Shown: positions 10,217-19,307, counted from the stretch's first letter. The stretch is 64,000 nt of DNA from an uncultured Gammaproteobacteria bacterium (GCA_965652415.1 CBFGVH010000001.1:33041-97040); one strand, 5' to 3'. Translations and numbers: made by a program. The notes: generated by a model not told the origin, from the sequence alone.

Positions 10217-10721
10217 TGCGCAGCCACTCCTCGACGGTGCGTTCTATCAAGCCCTCGGGAAAACGGGTGTTGAACACGAGGATGAAGAGCACGTAACCGC
10301 TGACGGCAGAAGCCAACGCCACGCCGAATGCCTTCTTCCAGTTGTACACGGACGACAGCACGATAACGGCGGCAAACAGGAATACGAAGGTCGCCAGGGT
10401 GAAGCCGAGGGTCTCGAGCACCGCGACATAGGCAATGGTCAGGCCCAGGAGCACCGCTCGCCTGACCTGCGTGGGAATATCGGTGAGCAGCCCGTCGAAG
10501 CCGATACGCTCCACGCCGCGCCTCACCCTGAGCACGGTGCGTACCGCGTAGATGATGATGGTCACGAGCAAAAGGGCGCTCACGAACACCGCGCTGGCCT
10601 GGGAAATCCAGGGAACCTCGGTGATGGTGGTCAGGTAGTAGATGGCGAAGGCGAACGCCGCCGCCGGAATGATGAGATCGGCCAGCACGTTTCGTGCCGG
10701 CTTGTCGTCGTCATGGCGCAT
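10206..10721 (-). CDS. tctB: tripartite tricarboxylate transporter, small membrane subunit
   Basis: 171-aa protein with 4 TM helices, located between tctC and tctA. Confidence 0.75.
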   Translation of the reverse strand: MRHDDDKPARNVLADLIIPAAAFAFAIYYLTTITEVPWISQASAVFVSALLLVTIIIYAVRTVLRVRRGVERIGFDGLLTDIPTQVRRAVLLGLTIAYVAVLETLGFTLATFVFLFAAVIVLSSVYNWKKAFGVALASAVSGYVLFILVFNTRFPEGLIERTVEEWLRNGG

Positions 10722-10815
10722 TGCCGTCGAAGGTGCGTGAGTGGTACGTGAGCACTGCGGTGAGCCCGCGGGCGGAACATCGCCCGCGGGCCACTACGGG
10801 AACTGCCGCGAAGGA

Positions 10816-11823
10816 TCAGCCGGTGAGCAGATCCTTGTATTCGCGCCCCAGCGCCATGATGTTGTCCACGTAGGCCTTGCACTCGTCCTGGTAGTGATCC
10901 GGGGTGATCATCTCCCACGGAGCGTTGGAATCAAGGATTGCCTGCTTGTACGCCGGGTCGGTGAACACCTGCCGCGACGACTCGATCAGCCTCTCGAAGC
11001 GATCCGGATGCTTCTCGGCGGCCGCGGTCTTGATGCCGAAGGCACGGGCGCCTGCCGGCAGGGGCGGAATGCCGAGGTCGTACTCTGTGTTGAGCACGAT
11101 GGCATCGGGCATCATCTCCGGCGCGACGTTCTTGTCGTCGAACAGGCCGACAATGGTCAAGCCGCCACGGGCCGCTGACGATGCCGGAAGTACGCCGATG
11201 TCGGTCTCGCCGGTGAGAACCCCGTTCCTGGTGTTGCGCCCGCCGGAAAGCGGGATCAGGTTCACGCTCATCCCGGTCTTGGCGGCCAGCACCAGCATCC
11301 CCAGCGACGCAGGGTGGGCGAGGCGGCTGGTGGCGACCGTCAGGGTGCGTTTCTTGCCTTCGGCGATGACGTCGTCGACCGTCTTCATCGGACTCTCGTC
11401 GGACAGGAAGATGCAGCCCGGATCGGCGTCCACCTGGAGGAAGTAGAAGTAATCGTCGAGGGAGAAGGTAGGCTCCTTGACCACCCAGTTCAGTACCTCC
11501 GGCCCCATGTTGCCGAAGATCAGGTCGTGGCAGTCATCAGCCGCCTTGCCCATGTAGGTCTCGTAGCCGACGCGCCCGGCGGCCCCGGGGAAGAACAGCG
11601 GCTCGAACTCGCCGCCGAGATGGTTCTTCCAGACCCCGGAGAAATCGCGGAAATTGCGATCTGCGCCGCCGCCGGCCCGCGTGGGGATGTAGACCTGGAT
11701 GGTGCGCTCGGGGAACTGCTGGGCGAACAGGGAGCGGGGCAGGGGCGCCGCGAGCCCCATCGCGCCGAGAGCGGTGGCCTGCTTGAGAAACCGGCGGCGG
11801 TGGGTGGGCCGTTTTTCGGTCAT
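10816..11823 (-). CDS. tctC: tripartite tricarboxylate transporter substrate-binding protein (Bug family)
   Basis: Tat-like signal HRRRFLKQATALGAMGLAAP plus a Bug/TctC-like body; 335 aa. Confidence 0.85.
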   Translation of the reverse strand: MTEKRPTHRRRFLKQATALGAMGLAAPLPRSLFAQQFPERTIQVYIPTRAGGGADRNFRDFSGVWKNHLGGEFEPLFFPGAAGRVGYETYMGKAADDCHDLIFGNMGPEVLNWVVKEPTFSLDDYFYFLQVDADPGCIFLSDESPMKTVDDVIAEGKKRTLTVATSRLAHPASLGMLVLAAKTGMSVNLIPLSGGRNTRNGVLTGETDIGVLPASSAARGGLTIVGLFDDKNVAPEMMPDAIVLNTEYDLGIPPLPAGARAFGIKTAAAEKHPDRFERLIESSRQVFTDPAYKQAILDSNAPWEMITPDHYQDECKAYVDNIMALGREYKDLLTG

Positions 11824-12149
11824 GGTCTTTGCCTCCTGAAATGATCATGGGGCTGGCCGCTCGAGGGCCGCCCGGATTCTTCAAATGTCGTGATCTGTGC
11901 GCGACGCACGGGCCAGATACTAGCACCATCGCGTCGAACGGACCGTTCACCGGCCCGCCGCGCCAGCCATCGAGCTTGCACGATACGAAACGATCTTGCA
12001 CGCACGTCGTCCATGCAGCCGAATTCCTCCCGAGTTCCAACCCCGCCTGGTGCATCCTAGGTGGCCGCCTGCCACCGGGCGTCGTGTAGAATCCGTGCCT
12101 CACTCGGAACCGCCGACCGGCCGGCCCTCTGATTCTGGCGATCCCGCAT

Positions 12150-12236
12150 GCCCGGGTGGCGAAACTGGTAGACGCAAGGGACTTAAAATCCCTCGAGGGG
12201 AACCTCGTGCCGGTTCGAGTCCGGCCCCGGGCACCA
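12150..12236 (+). tRNA. tRNA-Leu (anticodon TAA)
   Basis: gcccgggtggcgaaactggtagac..., anticodon stem aggga/tccct with loop ctTAAaa, long variable arm, T-arm ggttcgagtcc, CCA; 87 nt. Confidence 0.92.
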
Positions 12237-12257
12237 CGATCGGCACACGCAACGACC

Positions 12258-12827
12258 ATGGAAAAACTGTACATCACCGCCCAGGAACTTCTCGACGATT
12301 CGTTCGAGCTGGCCGCGCGCGTGCTCAGAAGCGGCTTTCGTCCGAACTTCATCATCGGCATCTGGCGCGGCGGCACGCCCGTGGGCATCGCGGTACAGGA
12401 GCTCATGGACTACGTCGGAGTGACCACCGACCACATCGCGATTCGCACGTCTTCATATACCGGAATCGGCGCGCAGTCGGACGAGGTGCTGGTGCATGGC
12501 CTCGGCTACATCGTTCGCAACATCAACCGGGAGGACGCGCTTCTGATCGTCGACGACGTGTTCGACAGCGGCCGCAGCGTCGACGCGGTCATCCGCGACC
12601 TGACCGAGCGAACGCGCCGGAACTGTCCGCACGACATCCGCATCGCCACGCCGTGGTTCAAGCCGAAGAACAACCGCACCGACCGCGTGCCCGACTACTA
12701 TATCCACGAGACCGACAAGTGGCTGGTGTTTCCCCATGAACTGAAGGGGCTGACCGATGCGGAGATTCGCGACGGGAAGGGAAGCGTCGCGCGGGTTATC
12801 GAGTCACTGGCTGATCACCTTGATTAA
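12258..12827 (+). CDS. phosphoribosyltransferase (Gpt/Hpt-like)
   Basis: PRPP-binding loop LLIVDDVFDSGRS and the N-terminal IWRGGTPVG motif. I start at ATG 12258 because the longer ORF runs through the tRNA-Leu gene. Confidence 0.8.
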   Translation: MEKLYITAQELLDDSFELAARVLRSGFRPNFIIGIWRGGTPVGIAVQELMDYVGVTTDHIAIRTSSYTGIGAQSDEVLVHGLGYIVRNINREDALLIVDDVFDSGRSVDAVIRDLTERTRRNCPHDIRIATPWFKPKNNRTDRVPDYYIHETDKWLVFPHELKGLTDAEIRDGKGSVARVIESLADHLD

Positions 12828-12839
12828 GGTGATTTCTTC
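12814..12839 (+). terminator. rho-independent terminator of the phosphoribosyltransferase gene
   Basis: Stem atcacctt/aaggtgat, loop gatt (contains the stop codon), followed by ttcttc. Confidence 0.5.
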
Positions 12840-12906
12840 AAAGTAAAAGAAAAAGTTCAGAAGAATAAGTATTTAAAAGACAATATTGAGATCTTTTCTG
12901 ACGGGG

Positions 12907-15153
12907 TCACGAAGCCGCGGCGACACGGCTGCCTGCCTCCACCGGACTCGCCAGCGGCAACTCCAGCCTGACCAGGACGCCGTCCGGGGTGTCCACGTTC
13001 TCGGCGCTGATCGACCCGTGGTGATACTCGGCGATCAACCTGGCGATGAACAGGCCGAGCCCGAGATGGGAACGGGTGGCGTCCTTGCTGCCGACCGACA
13101 CCATCGGATCGAATAACCGCTCGGTCATCGTTTCCGGCAGCTTGGAGCCTCGATTGGCCACGGTCACCACGGCACGGCCGCCGGCAAGACCGACGCCGAT
13201 ATCGATTTCGCCGTCGTCCGCGCCGAAATCGACTGCGTTGTCCACAAGCTTGTCGAGCAGCTGGGCAATCCGATCCGGGGCACCCGAGACCGGCACCGGG
13301 TACGACGGCTTGTCCAGGCGAAACAGGTTGTTCGGATAGCTGGTCTGATAGCCCTCGGTGCATCCCTCGACCAGCTCGGACAGGTCGAACTGCTCGCGAT
13401 CCTCGTATTGCAGCGCTTCCTCCAGGTTGGCCGCCTCCGTCAGGCTGGTCAGGATCGATCGCAGCCGGCGAATCCCTTTCTGGGCGCGGTCCATGTACTT
13501 GCTGCCGGCCGCCTCGCGCGAGTCGCGAGCGAGGATTTCCAGCGAGGAGCTGACCACGTTCAACGGGTTGTTGAGCTCGTGGGCCAGGGTGTCCGGCATG
13601 GATTCAAGGTAACGGGTGTACTGGCTGAGGCGTCCGAGCATTCCGGCGATGCTCCTCGCCAGGTCGCTGATCTCGTCGCCGCCGCCGCGCGGAAATGCGT
13701 CGCTGAACTCGCGCCGCACCCGTCCCTCGGGAGTTATGGATTGCTCGGTGGCCTGGTGCAGCTTGCGGATCCTGAGCGTCAGCCGGGTGGCGAATGCGAA
13801 CAACGTCAGGGTGATGAGCACGAACGCGATCAGGGTGACCGCGGCGACGGTCTGTAGCGCGTTGCGCTGCAGCTTGAGCACCTCGGTGGTGCCTTGTTCC
13901 ACGATCACCGCGCCGATTACGCCGCTGCCGCTCCAGATCGGCGTCGCCGCCGCCAGGATCTCTCCGCGTCCGTCCGCGGTCAGTCGGCGCCTGGACTGCG
14001 CGCTGCCCTTCAAGGCCTCGCTGATGATCACGTCCGAGCGATGGGTGACAGTGGTCTCGATATCGTCGAAGTCCGCCTCCGGCAGCCCCAGGAGCCAGTC
14101 GAAGAAGATGTCGACGGGTCGATACAGCGCATCGAGCAGCCCCGGGGAATCCCGCTCGCCGCGCGGCGCTCCCCCCAGGTTGCCAACCACGGCTCTCACG
14201 CGCTGTTCCTCGTCGACGATCCAGATACGGGCAGTCTGTCGATCCAGGCCCCGCAGGATCCGGGTCAACTCGGGCGAATGGATCATCACCCGGCTCAGTT
14301 GCAGGTCGTCGGCGCGCGGGTAGGTGGTGATCGTGTCGACCACCGTGCGGGCCTCGGGGTCGTCCACGTCGACGACCTCGAAACCGACCCGGGTCGACGA
14401 GCGAACCATGAACCGCGGCAGGCGGATTTCCACGTTGTAGCCGCCTTCGACCTCCTTCATGACCGCGTTGATGTCGGACACCGGCTCACCTGTCAAGGGA
14501 TAACGCCAGTCGTCGTCCATCAGGTAGACGCTCATGCGCCCACTCGTGCGCGTCAACAGCAGGTATCGATTGATCTCGCTGGGCGGGTTCTGGATGGTCA
14601 GGCGAATCTGGTCGCTGTGATCCAGCCGGCGAAGATCGTTGGTGCGATAAAGGACAGTATCGTCGTCGACCAGGAACAGGGCGTACAGGAACTGACCGCG
14701 GTAGCCGAGCGTGTGGCGCACGGACAGGGACCAGGGCTCGTAATCCGTGGTGCATTCCTCGCCCAGCGCACCGGTGTAGTACCTGAGATTGTCGAGCTGG
14801 GCGCCCCAGTCGCTCTCGTCGCCGTCGAGTTGGAGTAAGTTCGCCAGCTGGTGCGCGTAAAGGTCGTAGCGCCCGCCGAGCAGTTCCGGCACGCCGGTGT
14901 CCGGCCGAAACAGTTCCTCGCGGTCGTTGAGCACGGTCCCCACGGCGCGCGCGATCAGCATCAGCGCGTCTTCCTGGCCCTGGAGCAGGAATCGCTTCAT
15001 CTCGCTGATGTAGCGCACCCCCATCCAGGGCAGGGTACCGATGGCCAGGACGATGATCAGGAACTTGGCGCGAAGGCTGAGCCGCCCGGGGCGGGTGAAT
15101 CGCGGAAGCCAGCGCGCGGCCAGGCTGTCAATCGCCCTGCCAGCGGTAGCCAA
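12907..15153 (-). CDS. sensor histidine kinase with a large (~400 aa) periplasmic domain
   Basis: Two TM segments flank a large N-terminal domain. H-box HELNNPLN, N-box DNAVDF and G-box GLGLFIA are present; 748 aa. Confidence 0.88.
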   Translation of the reverse strand: MATAGRAIDSLAARWLPRFTRPGRLSLRAKFLIIVLAIGTLPWMGVRYISEMKRFLLQGQEDALMLIARAVGTVLNDREELFRPDTGVPELLGGRYDLYAHQLANLLQLDGDESDWGAQLDNLRYYTGALGEECTTDYEPWSLSVRHTLGYRGQFLYALFLVDDDTVLYRTNDLRRLDHSDQIRLTIQNPPSEINRYLLLTRTSGRMSVYLMDDDWRYPLTGEPVSDINAVMKEVEGGYNVEIRLPRFMVRSSTRVGFEVVDVDDPEARTVVDTITTYPRADDLQLSRVMIHSPELTRILRGLDRQTARIWIVDEEQRVRAVVGNLGGAPRGERDSPGLLDALYRPVDIFFDWLLGLPEADFDDIETTVTHRSDVIISEALKGSAQSRRRLTADGRGEILAAATPIWSGSGVIGAVIVEQGTTEVLKLQRNALQTVAAVTLIAFVLITLTLFAFATRLTLRIRKLHQATEQSITPEGRVRREFSDAFPRGGGDEISDLARSIAGMLGRLSQYTRYLESMPDTLAHELNNPLNVVSSSLEILARDSREAAGSKYMDRAQKGIRRLRSILTSLTEAANLEEALQYEDREQFDLSELVEGCTEGYQTSYPNNLFRLDKPSYPVPVSGAPDRIAQLLDKLVDNAVDFGADDGEIDIGVGLAGGRAVVTVANRGSKLPETMTERLFDPMVSVGSKDATRSHLGLGLFIARLIAEYHHGSISAENVDTPDGVLVRLELPLASPVEAGSRVAAAS

Positions 15154-15823
15154 TGCCGAACACCGTCTGGATCTTGTTGAACGAAGGGTCGACCTGCTTG
15201 AACTTGTTGCGTATGCGCCGGATGTAGCCGTTGATCGTGTTCTTCTCGACGTAGCTCTGCCGCGTGACCTGCATCATGGCGTCGTAGGTCTTCACGTGCC
15301 CCGGGCGACGCGCCAGCGCCTCCACCAGCCAGAACTCCGTCAGCGTCAGATTGATCGGCTGGCCGTTCCAACGCACCGACATGCTGTCCTGGTTGAGTTC
15401 CAGGGGGCCGATCACCAGCCTGGCGTGCTCGCTCTCGCCCGCGTGCAGGGTATCGGCGATGCGAAACAGCGAGTTCACCCGAACCACCAGGAACTCGAGG
15501 TTGATCGGCTTGGTCAGGTAGTCCCACGCGTCCAGACGCAGGCCGGACACGCGGTCGATGTCGCTGTTCCTCGCTGTCAGGAAGATGATGGGCAGCTCGG
15601 GGCTCATGGCCCGAAGCTCGCGGCACAGGTCGAAGCCGCCGTCCATCTCGTTCTCGAGCATGATGTCGAGGATGGCCAGGTCGGGAAGCTTTCGCGAGAA
15701 GGTCTGCATGGCCTCGGCCCGATTGCGAAACAGCCAGACGTCGTAGCCGTGGGCGAGCAGCGCCTCGCGGTAGTTTTCACGCTGGTCCGGATCGTCTTCG
15801 ACTATGGCTATGGTGCGCCCCAT
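15128..15823 (-). CDS. OmpR-family response regulator
   Basis: Receiver domain (IAIVEDDPDQ.., LAILDIML) plus a winged-helix C-terminus (..VFGIGYRW). ATG at 15823 is preferred; the 3' end overlaps the kinase start by 26 nt. Confidence 0.88.
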   Translation of the reverse strand: MGRTIAIVEDDPDQRENYREALLAHGYDVWLFRNRAEAMQTFSRKLPDLAILDIMLENEMDGGFDLCRELRAMSPELPIIFLTARNSDIDRVSGLRLDAWDYLTKPINLEFLVVRVNSLFRIADTLHAGESEHARLVIGPLELNQDSMSVRWNGQPINLTLTEFWLVEALARRPGHVKTYDAMMQVTRQSYVEKNTINGYIRRIRNKFKQVDPSFNKIQTVFGIGYRWQGD

Positions 15824-15991
15824 GGTCTCGCCCCGCTGCACGATAAACGGCGATTCTAACCGAGAAAGCAAGGACCCGAGGCTGGCGCCGCGTCACGTGT
15901 ACGCGTTGCCATGAATTCGCCACCGTTTGCACCGCGCAGCGGCACGTGCGGGTGATTCAATGAACGCTGTCGCCTCCAGGGACATCCCGCC

Positions 15992-16189
15992 ATGAGCAAG
16001 ATCGTGTTCGTGCCCGTCTCCGACGAACTGCTCTTCGAACATCCCGAGCGTATCGTTGGTCCTCTCGTCCCCTACCACCCCGGGATGCGCGTGCGTGCAG
16101 CGGCCAATGCCGTGGATCGCCGCGGCCCGGGAACCGAACCCCCGCAACGACCCGCGTCGCGGCCGGCGGTCCGGCCGCGCATACCATGA
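15992..16189 (+). CDS. hypothetical small protein (65 aa)
   Basis: The ORF has a plausible N-terminal half (MSKIVFVPVSDELLFEHPERIVGPLVPY) and an R/P-rich C-terminal half. Its stop overlaps the next small ORF as ATGA. Confidence 0.3.
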   Translation: MSKIVFVPVSDELLFEHPERIVGPLVPYHPGMRVRAAANAVDRRGPGTEPPQRPASRPAVRPRIP

Positions 16190-16299
16190 CCCGCGACGCT
16201 GCCCGCAGCTGGGCCGGCTTGTTCGCCTACAGCATCGCGATTTCGCTCGCGGCCTCCATCGCATTGGCGGCCGTCATCGTCACCGTCGCCGCACTGTAG
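16186..16299 (+). CDS. hypothetical 37-aa single-pass membrane peptide (below the ORF-track cutoff)
   Basis: Hand-translated as MTRDAARSWAGLFAYSIAISLAASIALAAVIVTVAAL*. Third codon positions are almost all G/C, and the start is ATGA-coupled to the upstream ORF. Confidence 0.35.
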   Translation: MTRDAARSWAGLFAYSIAISLAASIALAAVIVTVAAL

Positions 16300-16322
16300 G
16301 CGGATCCGCCCCGGGTCAACGG

Positions 16323-16346
16323 AAAAGGCCGCCCCGTGGGCGGCCT
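16323..16346 (-). terminator. candidate terminator downstream of the bactofilin gene
   Basis: On the minus strand: ggccgccc-acg-gggcggcc followed by tttt. Confidence 0.45.
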
Positions 16347-16433
16347 CGTCCTCGTCGAATTCGCCCGCCGCGACCTCTCACCCGGCCGGCACCGAGCGAA
16401 TCGATCGTGGCGACCGAACCTTCGATCGCTCGT

Positions 16434-16955
16434 CTAGTTCGTCAGCTTGTCCGTGCTGTCGAGCTTGTCGCGCCCGGGGCGTACGGGGCGCGGCGCCGTG
16501 GGCCGCAGACGCGGCGGGTGGCCGCGGTCGCCGCCGAGCATGGACTTGTCCGACTCCATGTCGATGGAGCCCTTGAACTGGCAGCCGTCTTCCAGCACCA
16601 CGCGAGGCGACCGGATGTCGCCGTTGACGTTGCCGGTGGGCTTGATCACCACTTTCTCGCTGGCGCGCAGCTCGCCCTTGACCTCGCCGTCGACGCGAAT
16701 GATGCGGGCCGTTATGTTGGCCATGATATGACCGTTCTCGTCGACCACGAGGTTGTTTTCCTTCAGGTTGACGGTGCCTTCGATGGTGCCGGCGACGACG
16801 AGATCCTCTTCGCCTGTGACGTCACCGTGAATCGTGATGGACGGACCGATCGATGCCGACTTCTTGCCGCTGTCGCTGCCGCCGCTGCGGATGGTGGGCG
16901 CGGGCGTGGTCGACTCGTCGGCGGAGGCGTCGGTCTGGTCTTTGTTCTGGGTCAT
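16434..16955 (-). CDS. bactofilin (polymer-forming cytoskeletal protein, DUF583)
   Basis: Beta-helical repeats ITIHGDVTGEEDLVVAGTIEGTVNL..ARIIRVDGEVKGELRAS..VVLEDGCQFKGSIDM. Start is at ATG 16955 (MTQNKDQ..). Confidence 0.85.
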   Translation of the reverse strand: MTQNKDQTDASADESTTPAPTIRSGGSDSGKKSASIGPSITIHGDVTGEEDLVVAGTIEGTVNLKENNLVVDENGHIMANITARIIRVDGEVKGELRASEKVVIKPTGNVNGDIRSPRVVLEDGCQFKGSIDMESDKSMLGGDRGHPPRLRPTAPRPVRPGRDKLDSTDKLTN

Positions 16956-17300
16956 GACAGAAATTTCCAAATCGGGTTGTCTGATGCGGCCCACGCCGTT
17001 GGCAGGTGGGCAACGCGCGGCGACCGGGTCGGAGAATTGTCTAACAGCCGTCTTGACGTAGTCAATTAGAGATTGCGCAAATCTCGTTAAAAACAAAGAA
17101 ATTTGGCAACGTCCATGCGAGGTTCGGTGAAGCCGCTGGAACCGCTGTCGACGGGCGCGCTCGCGATGCGGGCACGTAGTCCGATGATATCAGGAGCGAA
17201 CCCGCGAGGGCACCGTGCGGTGCCCTGCGGCACCTTTCGTGCGGCAGGCGCCGGGATCGATCATAATTCGGCGCCTTCCAGCAAAGCGCGCGAACCACCG

Positions 17301-18275
17301 ATGCCCGATACGAACCTGCTCGACGAGATCAAAAAGGCCGCCGATCGGCTGAAGGCCACGGCCGTGACGACGCCCCTGCTGGAGTCGGCACTCGTCAACG
17401 ATCGCGTCGGCGGACGACTGATCGTCAAGGCGGAATGCCTGCAGCACACCGGCTCGTTCAAGTTTCGCGGCGCCTTCAACCGCCTCTCGCTCATCCCGGC
17501 GGCGGACAGGGACAGGGGAGTGGTCGCATACTCGTCCGGCAACCACGCCCAGGGAGTCGCCGCCGCGGCGCGGCTGCTGGGAATCGCGGCGACAATCGTC
17601 ATGCCGGCGAGCGCTCCCGACATCAAGAAAGCGCGCACGCGCGCCTTCGGCGCACGGGTGGTCGAATACGACCCCGAACGCGAATCGCGCGAAGTGATCG
17701 GCGCCGCGATCGCGGCAGAGAGCGGCGCCACGCTCGTTAGGCCCTACGACGACCCCGGCGTGATCGCAGGGCAGGGGACGGTCGGACTGGAAATCGCCGC
17801 CGATCTCGCCGACCGCGGCATCGTGCCGGACCAGCTGCTTTGCCCCTGCGGCGGAGGCGGCCTCATCGCGGGCGTATCGACGGCCTTGCTCGACACGTTC
17901 GCAGACTGCGCCGTGTACAGTGCCGAACCGGACGGTTTCGACGATACCGCGCGCTCGCTCGAAGCCGGCCGCCGCGTATCCAACAGCGCGGTCCAGGGTT
18001 CGATCTGCGACGCCATCGTCACCCCCGAGCCCGGCGAGATCACCTTCCCGATCAACCGTCGCAACCTCGCCGCCGGCTTGACCGCAGGCGACGACGAGGT
18101 GCTGCACGCCATGCGCATTGCCTTCGAGGACTTCAAGATCGTGGCCGAACCCGGCGGTGCGGTCGCCCTCGCCGCCGCCCTCGCCGGTCGCCTGCCTCTT
18201 GAGAACCGGTGCACGGTTGTCGTATGTTCCGGCGGCAACGTCGACGCGTCGCTGTTTGCGCGTTGCCTTCGATGA
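17301..18275 (+). CDS. PLP-dependent threonine/serine dehydratase family (threo-3-hydroxyaspartate ammonia-lyase / serine racemase-like)
   Basis: PLP-lysine motif HTGSFKFRGA and the glycine loop CPCGGGGLIAG. Start is at ATG 17301 (MPDTNLLDEI..). Confidence 0.85.
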   Translation: MPDTNLLDEIKKAADRLKATAVTTPLLESALVNDRVGGRLIVKAECLQHTGSFKFRGAFNRLSLIPAADRDRGVVAYSSGNHAQGVAAAARLLGIAATIVMPASAPDIKKARTRAFGARVVEYDPERESREVIGAAIAAESGATLVRPYDDPGVIAGQGTVGLEIAADLADRGIVPDQLLCPCGGGGLIAGVSTALLDTFADCAVYSAEPDGFDDTARSLEAGRRVSNSAVQGSICDAIVTPEPGEITFPINRRNLAAGLTAGDDEVLHAMRIAFEDFKIVAEPGGAVALAAALAGRLPLENRCTVVVCSGGNVDASLFARCLR

Positions 18276-18326
18276 ATCGGCCTGGGTGGCCGCGAGGCCG
18301 CGGCGAACCGCGGGAAGGGGAGTGAG

Positions 18327-19031
18327 ATGAGCGACGCGACAGATGACCGGCACGCGAACGGACGAGCGAGGCCGCGACGTTGCACGACCGCCGCCGTGGC
18401 CGCGCTGCTCGTGTCGTCCGGGGGAACATTCGCCGAGACGCTCGAGGATCCCGCCCGCACCGGCGGCACCCCCCGTTACGACGTCTGTTACGACTTCACC
18501 TGCAGCACCAGCGAGACGGTGACGCTGACCGCTCGCCAGTGGGCAACCGTGGTCGGAATCTTCCGCCCGGCAGCCGCCTCGGCGAAGGAAGAGCGCCGTC
18601 GCATCCAGCAGGCCGTGGCCCGAATGGAGCAACTGTCGGGCTTCCATACCCCGACCCATCGCGACCTGCCGCGCAACTACACCGGCGAGGACGACCAACT
18701 CGCCGGTCTTCCGGGTCAAATGGACTGCATCGACGAGTCAATCAACACCAGCACCTATCTCGAACTTTTCGAGAAGCACCGCCTGCTCTCCCATCACCGC
18801 GCCCTGCCGCGTGCCTACCGACGCGCCCTGTTCAACCAGCACTGGGCAGGGCAGGTGGAGGAGCTTGCCACCGGCGAGCGCTACGTATTCGACTCCTGGT
18901 TCCTCGAGAACGGCCGCGAACCCTACGTCGTCCACGCCGACGACTGGAACGACCTGTCCCTCTTTCGCCGCCGGGCGCAAACCGAGCCGGACGCCCTGTC
19001 AGTCGCCGAAATCGACCCCGAGGAGCGCTGA
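18327..19031 (+). CDS. hypothetical secreted protein (possible Cys-His-Asp fold)
   Basis: N-terminal hydrophobic signal-like segment (TTAAVAALLVSSGGTFA). No family recognised. Lies 52 nt downstream of the dehydratase gene on the same strand. Confidence 0.6.
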   Translation: MSDATDDRHANGRARPRRCTTAAVAALLVSSGGTFAETLEDPARTGGTPRYDVCYDFTCSTSETVTLTARQWATVVGIFRPAAASAKEERRRIQQAVARMEQLSGFHTPTHRDLPRNYTGEDDQLAGLPGQMDCIDESINTSTYLELFEKHRLLSHHRALPRAYRRALFNQHWAGQVEELATGERYVFDSWFLENGREPYVVHADDWNDLSLFRRRAQTEPDALSVAEIDPEER

Positions 19032-19269
19032 GACAGGTCGGCGAGGCAAAACCTCCGAAGTTCGAGACTCGGCCGGGATATCGCAGCGCAGTCTCGCGAC
19101 CGACGTCAGCACACCCGACGGGTTCATGGCATCCGAGGCCGCAAGGCGCCGGGGCAATTTCCCGGGGTCATATCACCCGGTCAAGCGCACGACACACGGT
19201 GATACCCCGCGGCGAGGCCACCCGATGCCCGGCGCCAAGGAAAACGCCGGGGCGAAGTCACCTGATATC

Positions 19270-19307
19270 TTATGTCAAATAGCGAGCAAGTTCGCTATTT
19301 GACATAA
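19270..19307. repeat. 38-bp palindrome (16-bp perfect arms, 6-nt centre) in an AT-rich island
   Basis: ttatgtcaaatagcga-gcaagt-tcgctatttgacataa, located between two convergent genes. Confidence 0.9.

Noticed and set aside
12085-12092. TGTAGAAT, a possible extended -10 promoter for tRNA-Leu.
   Set aside because: There is no acceptable -35 element at 16-18 nt. The TG is mis-spaced for an extended -10, and the implied 50-nt leader is unsupported, so I did not annotate it.
12828-12906. Roughly 80-bp, very AT-rich spacer between the phosphoribosyltransferase and kinase genes; considered as a possible mobile-element scar or small gene.
   Set aside because: It lies between two convergent stop codons and starts with a terminator hairpin. 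I found no ORF, repeat or strong second structure. It is most simply a shared 3' termination region.
19272-19307. 11-codon mini-ORFs (MSNSEQVRYLT* and its minus-strand mirror) inside the palindrome, and a 22-codon ORF at 19316..19384.
   Set aside because: The mirrored ORFs are an automatic consequence of the palindrome containing ATG...TAA. There is no SD, and the AT-rich codon usage is unlike host genes.
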